Assembly (NCBI GenBank): GCA_036172245.1
Contig: JAYWIR010000042.1
Location: 496,001-560,000 of the forward strand
Direction: 5' to 3'
Source of the DNA: Raillietiella orientalis
Taxonomy: Eukaryota
Length of the DNA: 64,000 nucleotides
In this document: in pieces, positions 48,851-63,300 of the stretch
Layout of the letters: every line of letters begins with the position of its first letter
Position numbering within the stretch: the stretch's first letter is position 1
Made by a program: the position numbers and the translations under genes
Notes under the pieces: model-generated
Database searches by the model: none
Told to the model about the DNA's origin: nothing
What the model saw: only the letters and a program-made list of their open reading frames with translations

Positions 48851-51169
48851 TTTCATTTGAAAAATACAGTGCACATGCTCGTGAGCAAGGGCTTGGAAAG
48901 AAAGAAATGACCACAGGCGAGAAACGCGCGATGAGAACAAATGAATCATTCATCGGATGGGGAAAGCAAATCCAGGTCGCCTACGAATTTCGAACGGTCA
49001 CGTGAGGAAAGCTTTCCTGTTGCCGTGTGATCTTCAAACTCCAGAAGATTTTGTGCGGAAGCTGTCGATGAATACTCGGACTCGAGCCTTAAAGCGATCG
49101 GCGGTTGACATTTCGCTAAGAGCCATACCAGTTCAGCTTGCCTACCAAAAAGTCAAACCACCTAACTGCGGCTTCAAATGAACAGTCCTCATAAAGCTTT
49201 GCAATTCCTTCCATTATCCGTGCGATTTTCTGTGCCTCTCTGAAGTAAGACGTCCTGTCTTTTTGGGAACCGACTGAAACGACACTCTATTTGAGGAGGA
49301 GGACAAAGAGCGAAACTGGACCCAAGTGAAGTTTCCAGCTCTGAAGTGCCTTGATGAGCACTTCATTGGCTGGGAGTATCGATGCTTGGAGTGTGTCGCA
49401 GGATTCCGTGTGTTGCAGTTTCTTCTTAGACGCAACCCTATAGGCAGAGGCTGAGAACACTCCAACTCCACCTAGCTGACTGTTTTATTCCAGTGGAGCA
49501 CAGATGGAAACAGATTCATTCGTTCCACTTCCCAGCATGCTGCCGACAAGGACACATGCAGAGAAGCAAACGTACACTAACAGCAAGTGCGAGCACGGCG
49601 AAAGCCGAATTTTTTCCAAATAGGTGCTACCTGTGCTTGCACACCATTCGACCAATGCAATGTTCAGGCGGTTCAATTTTAGCCAAGGGCCTTTTTTTGA
49701 AAAGAGGAAAAGCGAAGCGGAATTTTCGGAATCTGGAAAAGTAAAAACTTTCTGGCGGTGGCGACCGCCAGATATGGAAATTTCATAAGGAAACCAAACT
49801 TCAGCTCGGTAAAAAGGCAGAAGTGAAGAAGAGAGAAGCAAAGAAGGGTGCCAATCAGGAATCATACAAAGGATGTGCTAATCATTATGCCAGTCGAAAG
49901 CAAAGGAAGCGTTCGGGAACAAGATCACATTCATGGGAATGCGAGTCTTCTGAGTGTTGCATTTCACCATGAGGTCAAAGTTGCTTGGCCACTATCTCAC
50001 TGAACTTCACTTGGCTGCGCCAGGGGAGAAGAGGCTCAGAGGGCTGAGTGACCAATTGGATGTCTCTTGCACGGCGTCCGACATCAACAGTTTGCGAAAC
50101 ACCTTGGCATCACTTGGTTTCAGTGGAAGACTGGAAGCAGGGTCCAGAGCAGATTCAGCTGTCCAATTCGGATCTGAGATACGGAAACCTTGCTGGCAGC
50201 GGGCAATCTGCATCCAATCATGAAGAATCGCCTCTGCTAAACACACCTCCACCTGACATCAAAGATCTTCCTGCAAAGCGATTTTTTTCTACTACTACGT
50301 AGCTTAGGTGACACATAGGCTCTTCCCAATATACTTTTTGGTTATTAATAAATGAGAGGGAAATCCACAAAGTCGGAGAGTTCCCAAAAGAATGCAGACA
50401 GGTGGAAATTTCGAGATAAGTGCAACCTACTCACAGGTGAGATAAGAATCGTTGCAAGGATCTCAACTCCTTGATAATTTTTATGGAATACTTTAGAGGA
50501 GGCTTTATTTTCTTCCCTTCTTGTCTTCTTGTGATCAACAGAAAAAAATCTGCGTTCCACCCCTTTCATTGTGAAAATGACTGATAATGGTAATTTCTCA
50601 ACGATGCAAAGAAGCGGTCAGGTCTGTCGATGGAAACCGCCATCATCTTTATAGATTCTACGCATCAATAAATGCCCTTGTAAACCTTCAAATCGCCAAT
50701 AGGGAAATGGGATCCCAAGTACAAATTGCTAAAGGTAAAATGTTAGGAGTTTCGGTAATGGTTGTTGATTGGTACACGAACTGTAAGTGAAGTATCCTGG
50801 CCATCCATCCTCAACTAACAGCTTAATCTTATTCAACATTCTTACTAATTAAAACATTATTTCACATAAATTACATTCTATTTACATAATACCTTAAGTA
50901 TCAACATTAATTTAGTATTAAAACCCTATAATAGCTACCTCTAAGCCCACAACTCACCACTATTACTTTGTATTTACAAAAAAGAACAAGCTCATCTTTG
51001 CTCTTTTACTTATTAATAATTAGAAATGCTGATTTGCCCGCATATCACCTCCAAATAAAATTCAGCCATACTTTATTACGCATAGCAGCCACTCTATTTA
51101 ACTCATCAACATCCGAACATTAAATATAAATTTTTCATTCATTTCACTCCGCTACAAATAGGCAACCAA

Positions 51170-51400
51170 TCTGCTGAAGAGACACCGCTGCTTACGCGAA
51201 ATTCCGGCAGAGAAATAACGCCTTCGAGACCATCTCGAAAAAAGTGGCAGCAGGTGGAATGCCTCACCAAAGTTCAAAGCAAATTGCGAGGAGTTAAGTG
51301 GTCCGAAGAGGAACAAATCATGAAGGGGAACGAATTTGGAATGCAACTTGGAATGCTTTTGCAGCTCCAGGAACCGCATTCTATGATGGCTAGAAGTCGA
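51170..51400 (-). mobile_element. Decayed mariner transposase C-terminal fragment
   Basis: FLELQKHSKLHSKFVPLHDLFLFGPLN...RWSRRRYFSAGISRKQRC resembles WEVLPHPPYSPDLAPSDxxLFGPLK...FYxxGIxKL..KC. Confidence 0.4.
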
Positions 51401-53449
51401 CGTCACTGCTATACACATATTTGATCTCTGCTGTCGCACGAATTTCCATGGTACTAAAAAAGCTGCAAAGGCAGTGTCTTGGATCTCCATAAATCCTTCA
51501 AGGATCCAATTGCCCCACTCACTTTGTGAACTCGAAAAAAAACTTCCGGTAATCCATGAAATGTTTACGTTCTTATGAATGGCCTGAAAAGGATTCCTGC
51601 CACGGCCAACTAAGGACTATAATTAAGAAAATTGTAAATGATTTATGATTGGCAAAATCATTTGGTCGCCATGACGAAATTCAAAGTACCGGCGTATGCT
51701 CAGACAGACGAGGTGATCTAAACAGAAATAAATTCGGTAGAAATTTTTGAAACTGCTTTTGGCTCCTCAATTAGTAGTTTACTTTCTCCCTGATGGGTTT
51801 TCATGCTGAGCCACCGCAAGTGGAAATCCCATGCACCACGGCTGCTTTCATAAATTCTGCCTACACCCCTACGAAATCACTCTTCATTAGTTTCTATCCT
51901 GAAGAACAGGAACGAATGATTCTTTCTCCACATCCTCCTAGAGCAATGCATCAATTCCAGAATAAGGGAGTTCTGAAGTCTCTGCCAGCGACCCACTCGA
52001 GGGGTTCGACACGAAAGATTCTTCCAAAGATTGTTTTCCCACTCTGGAACATAGAGGAGGCTCTGCAGCGTTTGGTTCATGCTTCCGTGAGTGAAGAATC
52101 TTCTACTGCGGTTCTGGATTAGAATTTCGAAAGGAAAGCTCAAAAGTTTCTCAGGGCTTATCGGGCAACTCCGCCTTCGAAAGGAAAAAACCGAGAGCCG
52201 GAATAAGCAGGCCTTTTTTTTTCTTTTTTTACTGCAAAATGATTTCTCAACTCATTAAGAAATCCATCTAGATCTATGAGATATAACATTTTTTTTTTCT
52301 TTGTCCATAATCACCAATATTTCATTTGATACACGGGGGTTAAAAGTAGAGACGTATAAAAAAATTTATGAGAACCCTCGACTTGGAGTCTCACTTGCGG
52401 ATAAGAAGTAATCAAAAGTCATCTCTTGCCCTGGATCTGTGTTTCAAATCAGCAAACATCAAAACTAGCAAAGTGAGAGTAGAACTTCGTGCCAGGAGCA
52501 CGCGGGATCGGAAGACGACGTTCAGCTGCAGAGACGAGAGATTACGGAGGCAAAAGTGAATCATGGAAGCATGAAAAATAACCTGGCGTCCGCAATTCCT
52601 GAAAGTTCGGTGATGAGTTGAAGCCCTTAGGACCTGGAAGATCTCCTGTGGCTGTCCACTTTATGATGATAGAGAAAATTCTTTGGGCAAGTGCTGAACC
52701 TCTTTTTTTTTTTTTTTTTTTTTTTACCTTTCAGTCGTGATTTTAGCAGCCCAAAGTGCTAGAAACCTTCGAGAAGTGACTCTCATCAATTCAGGATGTC
52801 TTTTTCACGCAGCATACATTCGTATATGTTCACATGGATGTATAGCTGCTCATTAAAGAGGCTTCTATTTCTCATTACGAGACTCGTAAGCTCTTCCCTT
52901 ACATCAGTCATGTAATTCGAACTCTTTGGATAAGTACCTCCAAAAGTACTTTCTCGGATGCACTTCCAAGTGCTGACGGAAAGATGTCATTATCTATCGG
53001 AGTTCAACAAAAGTAGAATCTCAGATTGCCTGACAGATTTGCTCACTCTACTAATCTCTGCAGGCTTTTAATCTGCGCAACCATCCCGTTGCACCAATGA
53101 TTCTGCCAGCTTATTTGCAAGCGAAATGAAGCACATAGCCCAAGCAACCGTTTCCTCCTCCTTCGTGTGAAAAACACAAACACGCACACTCAATAAAATG
53201 AACCCGAGAGCGGTTCCAAAGAAAGAAAATAAAATAATTTTGGCTGGCCCCTCAAGGACAAGATCATTCGAACATGGTAACTGAACTATCGTTTTCCTAT
53301 TCACAGATGTAAAACTTATCAGACCAAGCCACATCAACGTTTTATGAACAAACATGTGTAGGCTTTTCTTTACACATATTTGTTCATACAGCAGTCGATC
53401 TTTCCGTCTGACCCCAGGGCAAGGAGACCAACCGCTCTTCCGCACATCT

Positions 53450-54300
53450 CCATGGCGCTATGAGGGATGAACGGGGTGCCGTGGGCGCACCCCGGTAGCG
53501 TCAGAAGTCATCAATCCCTCCAGAAGAACCTTTCGCACATCAGATTCTTCAGCAACACACTCCTCACTCCAGCAGTCAAGCTTGAGCGGCATCCAGGATC
53601 CCGGTAGACTCGGTCCGCTTTTCCACAGAATAGCATGCAAAAGCGAAGCTCGCTGGATTTCGAGTGATCAGACCTTCCATTGATGCGCGAATTTTCGATG
53701 CAATTTTCATATCCATCAATTTCTCCGACATCGCATATCTGATCGAAAATAACGAACGCATATGGAATTTCACATCTCGTTGCATCTCTATTCTATTATC
53801 TCTGACTGCTTGCTCATTGCTGAAATCGTGGTGATCCTGGGAACGTGGAGGAGTACGCAGTGCATCATCATTACTAGTATGTACTATAGGTATCCACGGG
53901 TTAGCAATGTCTCGCTGCCGTTATGAGCAGCCGCGAACTTTTCCTGAGAGGTCACAACCAATTTGTGAAAGAAATGAAACCAAGGAAATGATTTTCAAGG
54001 GGAGCAGCTTCTCGTCCATGGGTGCGCTGGACCCTACTGAGACGTGCCCACATTCCATGGCTCGGATCCGAGCGACCTCGGGAAAAAAGTTGACTCACGT
54101 GCTCCCTTATGGATGAGGAAATTCTCTTTTGCAAATGCCTTTTCCATGGCGCTACGTCGAAGAGAGGTGAGTTCCATAAAAGCGAGGTGAACGCCGTGTG
54201 TTTGCTCAGCCGCACGGACGGCAAGGGGGAACAAATGGTCACTCATCTGGATCGCATCGTTCTCATAATCAATCACTTGCGAATAAGTGTAACCCGTTAT
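53450..54300 (-). mobile_element. Possible decayed L1-like ORF2 fragment
   Basis: MSDHLFPLAV...LTSLRRS (EN end), followed downstream by KSGPSLPGSWMP (approx. KxPGPDG). Weak. Confidence 0.25.
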
Positions 54301-57300
54301 TGTGCTGTGCACATCATGTGCAGCTAAATGATGTGTGCCCGTGTTCGCACCCGCGATACACACACGAGCTCAAATAAGTAGCATGCGATCGTGTTTACTG
54401 TCTAGGAACTGCGTGTTTGCAGCGCTCGCATTCGTCCCGATTTGTGTACACGTATTCAGTCCTGTATACAAAACAAATGGCATGAACCAATATCAATTCT
54501 TGGAATACATTACTCGTCATACGAGTATGCGCACGTCTGGACGGAAATCCATCTGCCAAATTACCAAAGGTTGTTTGTGCACCAAAGAATATCTTACATA
54601 CCGAATATCTTAAAAACCCATCAATGTGAAAGTTGGTTTTATTTCTGGCTTGCGACCCTTTATTCAGAAAAAAAAAAAAAAAAATGCGTGTCTGGGAGCA
54701 GCAAAATGATTGCCTCATTCAGATGTATTTGAATGCATCCTAATTTAGTGTACGGGTGCTCTGTATGAAACCTCAACTTTCCTCCGAGCCTAATGGAATT
54801 TCGCAAGGATGACGACGAAGATCGGAATTCCAAGTCAAGCTGGACTCGGCCCCGACTGGCTTTCATGTATGGCTTACGACTCGGGGGACAAAGGTCAAAG
54901 GTGAGACCGGCAGGGATGAGTGCCATTTCGGACACGCCACATTCGTACGAACCATCGCAAACAAGGTAGCTTCATCGTGGTGGGATTCTGGCCCGGAAGA
55001 TTCCAGATCATCCTCGGTTCCAGATCGTCTCTTCTCAGCGGTGAGCCCGGGATTGTCACGTGTGCCTCTCCTCGCTGATTGATGAGCGAGGATCCGTTGA
55101 GGCACAGCTTGCGCTTCAGATTGCTCAGAGCTTCGGGTAGTGCAAATGCGGATCCATTCCTGGAGTTTTCCACGAGTTTCTTGGGAGGGGATCGTGGTGC
55201 TAGCTCGAAGAACAGGGAGACCACGGGAGTTTGGATCAGCCATCTTGGAAATCTGGTTTCCATTTCCCATCTTCTTGGGGGGAGGTCAACTTGCATGATG
55301 GCCAAGCGGTGCAGTTTGCCCCGAAAAGAGCATCGACTGGTGCGAACCTCACCGTAGAAAGGGAAAAACTGATTTCTTCTGAAGCTGCTCAAGAAACAAA
55401 TGCTCTGTGAAAGAAACCAGAATGTTCAAACGACGTTATTAGTCAGCGGGTCAGCTCAGTCTAGAAGATTTCACCTTTTCGTCTTTCAATATTTGAATTC
55501 CGTTTCCTGTTGCTCTGTTTGTATTTCGTATTCTCAAGATGGAACTTCCGATGGAAGACTTGGAAGGAGGGATTTCTCATTTTACAACTTTTGGATCGTC
55601 TTCCAAAATCCAAGCTCTGAGCAGGGAGAGACGAAATTGATTTCACACCGCGTTGGATGTGAATCGTACCTTGACTGGAGGGAGATCGATTATTCAGGAA
55701 ACTCTCATCTGGAGCGGAATTCCGAAGAGATCATTTCCAATGATTCCAGGCGCATCGCGTGGATTTGCCTTCCGGTGGGAAACCTCAATAAGCGTGCAGC
55801 CTTCAAGGAACAGTCACTTTTGGAGACCCCAGCGCTGAGTGACGTAAACGTGGTGCTCAAGTTTGCTCCAAAAAGGAGACATGAATTCACCACTCCATGT
55901 GCCATTGTACATTAATGTACCAAACATGCAGTGTGCACGATGAATGAGTATTCATCTCAAAGTGGGGCGTTGCCTCGGGTTTGACGTTTCCATCGACGTT
56001 TCGTGCCAATGAATACGCGACCCTTTCTCGAGATTCCGTCGAGAGCGAGATGTTCAGTGTTCAGTTCCAGCTGCGCAACCGATTTCAGAGATGCCTCCGC
56101 TCTTGAGCATCCGGGAAACGACTTTCTTTTTTCTTTTTTCTCTCCTACCAATCCTTTTGTGCTCATAGAAAAACTGCCCACGACACACTGCTGTGCTCAT
56201 CATACACAGTTTCGGATACGCTTAGCGTGTAGCTTGGTGTTTGCTTCGGATACGAATGCATGTGGCAACGATCATCATCTGCAGCTGCTGAGCAAATACT
56301 GAGAATGAATACTTTCACATTTCGAGTATACTTACCTTTCGCAATGTACAGATAGGTGGGCACTTTATGAAAACTTCCATGTGAAATGAGCGCGCGTTCA
56401 CTTCTCGCACTGCCCGACTCTGCATCCAAAGCCAGGATAGTAGGGCCATCTGAGAGCTGAGAGGTCGCGGGAATCCGGCGGAAGGAGCTCAGACACACCC
56501 TAAATCAGACTTGGATTTTGGAACAGTCCGCTGGAAAGACGGCTAAATCATCCACCTCAGATTTTCCAGACTGTCAAACTATACAGGAAAATTGATTTCC
56601 GTGCTTTCCAGTCCCTGTCCTGATATCTCCTTCAAGCATAAGATATGAAACACAACTCCAGGATGAGATGCAATTTGGCATTAAAAATTCGTATTGGCGG
56701 ATATTTAGAGGAAAAGGTGAGAGCTGAGATGGCGCTGCCTTTCTCACCGTTCTGACAAGAGTTGGGGGCAATGCTGGCGGCGCACCACCGTGGGATTTCT
56801 GTTAGCGCAAAGACGTTGTACGCGATCGGATTATAATGTTCACGATCTGGATTTTTTTTCATGGAAATTTATTGCTTTTCGGGAAATACCGGGACACGCG
56901 CTCCCGAGCTTCCACGGAACCTGAAATTTTCACAATTTGGGATAGAAGCGAAAGTTCTACTAGGATACCATTCGCCTCGAATGGATTGGCAATAGAAAAG
57001 CAGAACTGGATTGCAAGTTTGGGAACCTTCAGAGAAATGATTCGCCATCTGGGGTCTTGATCAGTTGTGATATTCCTTCTGGATTCGGGCAGTGCAAGCA
57101 GGCTTGCCAAGTGCCCTTCGACGACCAAATAGAGCGAGGTCCGGTGAAAGGTCGATTGGAATTGTGGGATTGGCACGCGGAGAAACGTTGGAACCTTAGA
57201 ATATGCAGCGAAAGCGTGTGAGCAGGGAAGCATTCTTTTTTCAGACGGGTTGGATATTTGCTCTTTGTTTTCATTTCTCTTCATTTTTTGCTTTGATTAT

Positions 57301-60300
57301 TTGTATTATTTCTTTATTTCCAACATACCGAAAGCCACGTCCAACCTAAAGCGGCTTAGCATTAGGTGATTGTGTCCACTTATGAATGAAATTATGCAAT
57401 CGGTTTCTGCTTGATACGAGTGTTTCGTCCCGTCGTATCCATGGTGATTCCTGGTATACAGGGAATCATGGATAGGCAAATTTGCTATTTTGTTCTTATC
57501 CCAAGAGGGAGATTAATGTTTTGCTCAAGGACGCGCCTGTGCAACTGTAGAATTCAAGACTAGCTGGCAAATTTTCATCCTCTCAAAGATGCATTCCTCA
57601 GGAGGAGGGAGAGAAAGTACCAGAGGCAACCTTTACGTCTTTTCTAATATCAAAAGCAAATATCACGCTTCGAGTAGAAGCTACTACGAGATTAGAATGG
57701 AACGGGCGTCCTCGACTGAGTGCTGTGGGAATTCCGTAAGGTGGTCAGTACAGCACAAAGTTCGTGGTCATCTCGGATTGGGAGGACATGGAGCACCTGC
57801 ACATCCGCACGTGGAATTGTAGATATCTCGCAATTTTCCCGGCTGCCTCGCTCTGGATAGCTGTAACAACAGGCTCGGCAAACTGATCGCAGAATCCGCA
57901 ACAAACCGATCATTTAGAAGAATCCTGAAAAGCTGAACTCAAGCATGGTCCTTTTATTAATGTGAGCATACAAAAACCCTCGCAGCATAGAAAATAAAAC
58001 CCATAAATCGAATGTTTAGATGTTTCATGGAAATGCTAGCATGATTATTTCAGTACAATCTCGTAACAGCATTATAAAATATTACATATGAACAATATCA
58101 ACACGTAAGGTATTAACGGCAGCCAAAGCACATTTTTCATAAGGATATTATTGTAATTACAATATCAGAATTCAGGTTTGAAATTAAAGAGCCTGAGTGC
58201 TTAGTAATTGATTCACGAAGCATTAATAAGTCACAGAATGAAATTAAGATGAATTTCAAATGACAAAAACATGAAAATTGAATGTCGTAAAGCTTTTCGA
58301 ACTCTGCTTTTGATTTTCACATTTGATTTCCCGGTAAGCCTCGTAGACGTGGATGCTTGCCAGAAGCACCAAAACCGAATTCACCGTGAGAAACCAAGAA
58401 GAAAATCGCTCTGGCAGTCCCACGGGTGCTTTGGGTGTTGGCAACCTGAAGCAATGAAGTGCTATTTGTAAATGATAAGCACAAACCACTAATGAAACAG
58501 GAAGGATGGTCTCGTTGGCAGCATGCCTTCTAAATATTCAAGGAACCTTTAGTGATGCGGTAGGAGACTCTGGAATGAACACCCAGATACCACCAAGAAA
58601 GGCGAAATCTTGGAGGCACCACGAAGGCAACGCACAAGGGGGATGGATCTTCAGCAATTTTTCTTTTTTCTTTTCGGAGGCCGTTCTCTTTCTTTTTTTC
58701 CAGAGACTTCAAAGGTAAGTAATTCTTTTTGCTGCTGCAAGCAAAGCAGCCAATGTGCTCTTTTTCTACCCCACATCCGTTCACAGAAGCAGCAGTCGTT
58801 GGAATCAGTATGAATGCATAAACAGCAATGGACCACCAGTTGTCACACTACCTTAAGTAATCGCATTACTACAAAAACCGGAAACTTCCTTATTTTGTTT
58901 GTGAGCATCGTTTCTTGTCCAGAAGCAAAAGGGAATGCATGGAACTTGTCATCCATCAGCATGAGTCGGGTTCGTTCCCACATTAGTAGGTTTGAGGAAG
59001 GAAGGCAAACGCCATCTCAGGTTATTAAGAGGAGCATCAAACCGGATGGATGATGGAGTTCTCCGTTCGTCTAGAGATGACATCACGGAGCAGAAATTCA
59101 TCTCGCTTATTTTGGAGCACAGCAAGCCGAAAATAGTTGATGCACTGAAGTCGAAGTACGAAGAGCACAGAGGATTTTCTGGTGGTCGCAGCATAATCGC
59201 TTTCTGTGGCTCCGAATAGTCTTTGAACGGAATGCCGCTGGGATTCCAAAGAGTGAGCGCTTCCCGTTGACCTTTCGGAGTGGGAGCTGCATCCGAGAGG
59301 TCGCTGGCACCTTTGGATCCTTTGCCGACCCATTGGATAAGAGAAGGATGCAAGGACAGACATCACCCGATCCTGAGTGCATAGTTTCACACGAATCTCT
59401 GATGACTCCGTCGTAGAAATGAAAATGAGCCCAGAAAAATTTGCCCGGAAGCACTTATGTTTGATGAATTCGATTCAACGTGTGAATGCGGAGATTTCCG
59501 GAACGACAAAAAGATGAACTTTTTATTTATCCGATCGTTCAGTCGCACCTTAACGCGTATTTTTGTTTCAAATCCATCAGTTGCAGGGATTCCTAGAAGG
59601 AACTTACTACTGATTAAGAAATTCAATTTGTTTTCTAATTTTGTTTTCTAATTCAATTTGTTTTCAGTTCGTCCTCCCATTCGCTGAATTGACGAAATCA
59701 CGATGAGTGATTACACAGTCGCATCGCTCATCATGCCAAAAAATAAATGTCACGAGAGAACAAAGGAAATGTGCGAAGTGATGCAAAACGCAGCTTCTAG
59801 GGTTACATTTGCTGACAAATGGAGCTGGAAATGGTTTTGAAGGATTAGAAGGCTCAATGTGTATCATTAGGTGCATCCTTCTGAATTTCCAAGACCGATT
59901 CACAATCAGTAACTCGGTCAATGAACTTGTTCAGAGTTGAGCCACGGTTGAGCCGACCGAGTTACACTTTAGCAAGATCGAATGACCAGTCATTCCTCAG
60001 TAGTATGTGGCCTAAGGCACGTATAAGCTAATAGTGCCACTCGATTCCCTATGGGAACCGTCTACTGTTAATGAACTGTGTGTGCTCCATGTGGTTGCAA
60101 ACTGCAAGGACGAATTCCTAACGAAGGCTGCATCTCGGTCGCTCCATCCGTTTCCTTTATGAGGAGTCAATCTTTGTTTTCTTGGAATAGTGGTCAAGAC
60201 TCCTCCATTGCACAAAAGGACCAGTTCCTGAGGTTGCCTTCCATTGGTCTAAGTGCATCATCAAGCAAATTTTCCTCTGACGATCACCAAACTGGGTTTC

Positions 60301-63300
60301 CTCTCTCAACACAAGGTCCAGCAGTAAAGAGGCAACACATCCTTTCTTCCCGATGAGTTCTCATAATGCAAGAGAAATTCCTTCCTTCATCTTACTGTTT
60401 TGTGCAAGCATGATGCACTCTCAAATCTTCAAATTTGATGATTTGAGGAATGGAAGAGCTTCGTGCTTTTCGTGATCACAAAAAAAGATGAGGATCACGG
60501 AGAAATGGAAAATGTAGTAATTCATTCGAAGTAGTTATTTAGCTGAGAAAGGAAATCCCATTCTCAACGAGAAATTCTTCTGCTCGATCTTTCTGCCTAC
60601 CGTATCTTCTCTTCAGCGAGCTTCCTGTAAATCGATGAGGGTTTCATTGCCTTTCCTTGCCTCTAGCATAATGCCTATGCGCATAGTCGCTTTCGCTTTG
60701 TGCTTTCAGTCGTTCATAGGCACACAATTTTTCCGGGTTTTGTGGTCATATCCCCGGCCGGTGAAAGGTGACCGCAACTCTGTGCGATTTTTTCTTTTAC
60801 CAGTGGAACCTCATAATGCTCCAGTGGACATGGGGCACGGTTTCCACAACACCACTCTTCTCACGTGTGCTCAAAAATACGGCCATTTTGTGGACCGCCA
60901 GTGCCTACTTGCGCTACTAGAAGTCGAATTCAGATGGGGAGGCACTTCCTGATGCGTCACCAATGGCTACGGTTTTGCCGCGAGAACGATAGAGCGGTTC
61001 GCACTCCAGCGTTTGCTATTCAATTTAAAGAGAGCTTTCCAGTTTTCCAGGCCTCTTGAGAGATCGCAGGTTGCCGAGTGTTCTCTCCATGCGCCATATA
61101 TGCAGGGGTTGGTTTTCCTATGCCTGGGTCCCATGTGGAACAGTTCCCAAAGAAGTCTGGCTTTTTATTCTCTTCCCTCGGCGGAGTTTTCGGACTGTTC
61201 CCGCTGTTCCCAGCTTTGAAAGGTTCTGCGCCAGGGACCTTAAGAACGTCCGTAGATGGTCAATGCATACCATCTCCAAAGCTGAACTCCTTTCGATCCA
61301 TATTTTCATGATTACCGCCTCCTCAGTTTCTGCGTTCGCCCTACTGCTCGTAAGCAGTCCATCACCATCCTTTGGACTGCAAACGGAAACCTTCACTCGG
61401 GTGCCTTGCTTGCTCTCTGTGCCAGCACAAGTGAAAAAAGAAACCCATTGCACCATTGTAACCTCCATCCATTTTCGTCGGTTTTCCAAGTGGAGCGCCC
61501 ATTCTCTGAAGATGAATACTGCATGCAAACTAAATATGCATCTTGCGACTGCTCACAAGATTCACATGCGCAAGATTCGTTTACAAGATCTCTTACTCTC
61601 GCTCATTACCTCCACCCCTCCCGCAGCGGATTCGGAGCCAGAGATGTGAACACCGAAAAGTAGTGTGGCACTGGAATGGAACTGGAGCTCTGCGTGCTCT
61701 GCATGCAACTGCCATTTAGATGAATATAGAAAAATCCAAATAAACGAGGGTCCATAGTCCGTGATGAATCCCTAGTGAAAAATTCCGCGAGGCAAAGACA
61801 GGACATTGTCCGTTTTTCCTTTTGATCGGCTTTTTTCTCAGGAGTCCCGCACAGCCGATCCATAGGTGATTGCAAGTGAGAGAGATTTTGGAATTCGGAC
61901 GTAAAGTTTTGCTGCTGAACGCCCACGCAGTGGCTTCGCTCTGATTGCGAAAATGAAAGTCACAGGCAAGCACCTGACACACTCACACAGAGACGCTGCA
62001 TCCACGGAGTCTCCTCTCTCCAAGATGAGATGCCGGTACGAGATAATGCGATACTTCTCACTCGAGAGATGAAAACTTGATCACTGTGATTTTTTTTACA
62101 TACAAGGGTATGCAGTATGGGATCCGAGAGAATGCACTGCTGTTTTCATCCAACTGCGTTTTGAGAAAGAGGTCAGCAAGATGATTTGTCCTGGGAAATC
62201 CTGTGCTTGAGGATGGATAACTTATCTCGCTCAAGCAGAAGATTTCTCATTCATTCTGTTTCCAGTCTTCTCAGGGATGCATCCAATTTGCATCATCATT
62301 TTCTTTTTCCAATGTTTTCGGGGAAGGATCTGATTATCATTTTTTCTTCAGTCCTTAGCCTTTATCAGAATTCCTCGTTTCTAAAGCTTTTCCTCTGAAG
62401 GGAACGAAAGTTACAGCCATCTTTTCCTTCCCAAATTGCCAAGGATTTCGTCTGTCCACGTGAATGGACAAAGGGCCACACAAATGTTTCCTTGAGCGTC
62501 ATTTTAGTGCTTCGAAGTGTGAATTTCAAATTGGAATTTTGCTAAAGTTAAGTGCTGAAGTAGTAAAGCGGAGAATTGGTGTGGAGGGACCTGAGATAAG
62601 GCACTCTCTCTCTGTATGGTCTTCATGGTATGAAGAAGGAGGCATTTCATGCTGCGTTATGCTTCCACGACGAATTTCAATCCACTGATAAATGGAAACT
62701 TGCTGGATTGCATCTTTGTAAGTGCTCTTAGAAGTTGCATTTTAATTTTTGCATCTCCCATTCAGGCACGGTTTTCTTCCCGAATGAATGAAGAGAAAGA
62801 GCATGCTCTTTCTCTTCAAGAGTCGTACAGTCTTGAAGGTTCCCATATTTGAATGTGCCTTCATTTTCACGAGGACGCAGAGTCACTTTTAAATTTATTT
62901 ATTTTTTTCGCTCAAGGTATTTTCACGACATCAAGATGATGTACTTTTTCGTTCTGCACTATCAGTAATTCCACTGTCTCTTTCATATTCGTCATTGCAC
63001 ATTCCCAAGAGAAGGAGGCCCTGTCGTAAGAAGAACCCAATATCGGTTATCCGTACGAGTTTCCTCTTTGGCAAACCATGTGAATGACAATCAATCAGAG
63101 TATTTTTAATTATCCTGAACATTCGAGATTAAGTGTCACTTCACGGAATCACACAATTACTTGTTTTGGAAGTGCTTCCCACATCTGAAAATCAGCCAGT
63201 GGACCGCTTCATCCCGACGACCCTCGCATAAGTTGCTGGATCCATCAACAGCAAACGAGGATGAATAAAGAAATGTTTTGTTTCATGTCAGTAATGTAAC

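Noticed and set aside
50780..51150. AT-rich stretch suggesting a NUMT
   Set aside because: No mitochondrial gene, tRNA or rRNA motif could be recognised.
54660..55915. Cluster of 130-170 aa ORFs on both strands
   Set aside because: No recognisable domains or consistent exon chain; probably decayed repeat sequence.
58949..59454. Overlapping ORFs in all three minus frames
   Set aside because: No family motifs or clear splice sites, so a gene call cannot be supported.
59619..59665. Short aattcaatttgttttct-type tandem repeats
   Set aside because: Simple slippage repeat with no spacers; not CRISPR-like.
61056..61649. 197-aa + strand ORF
   Set aside because: Non-ATG start, composition not protein-like, no recognisable motifs.
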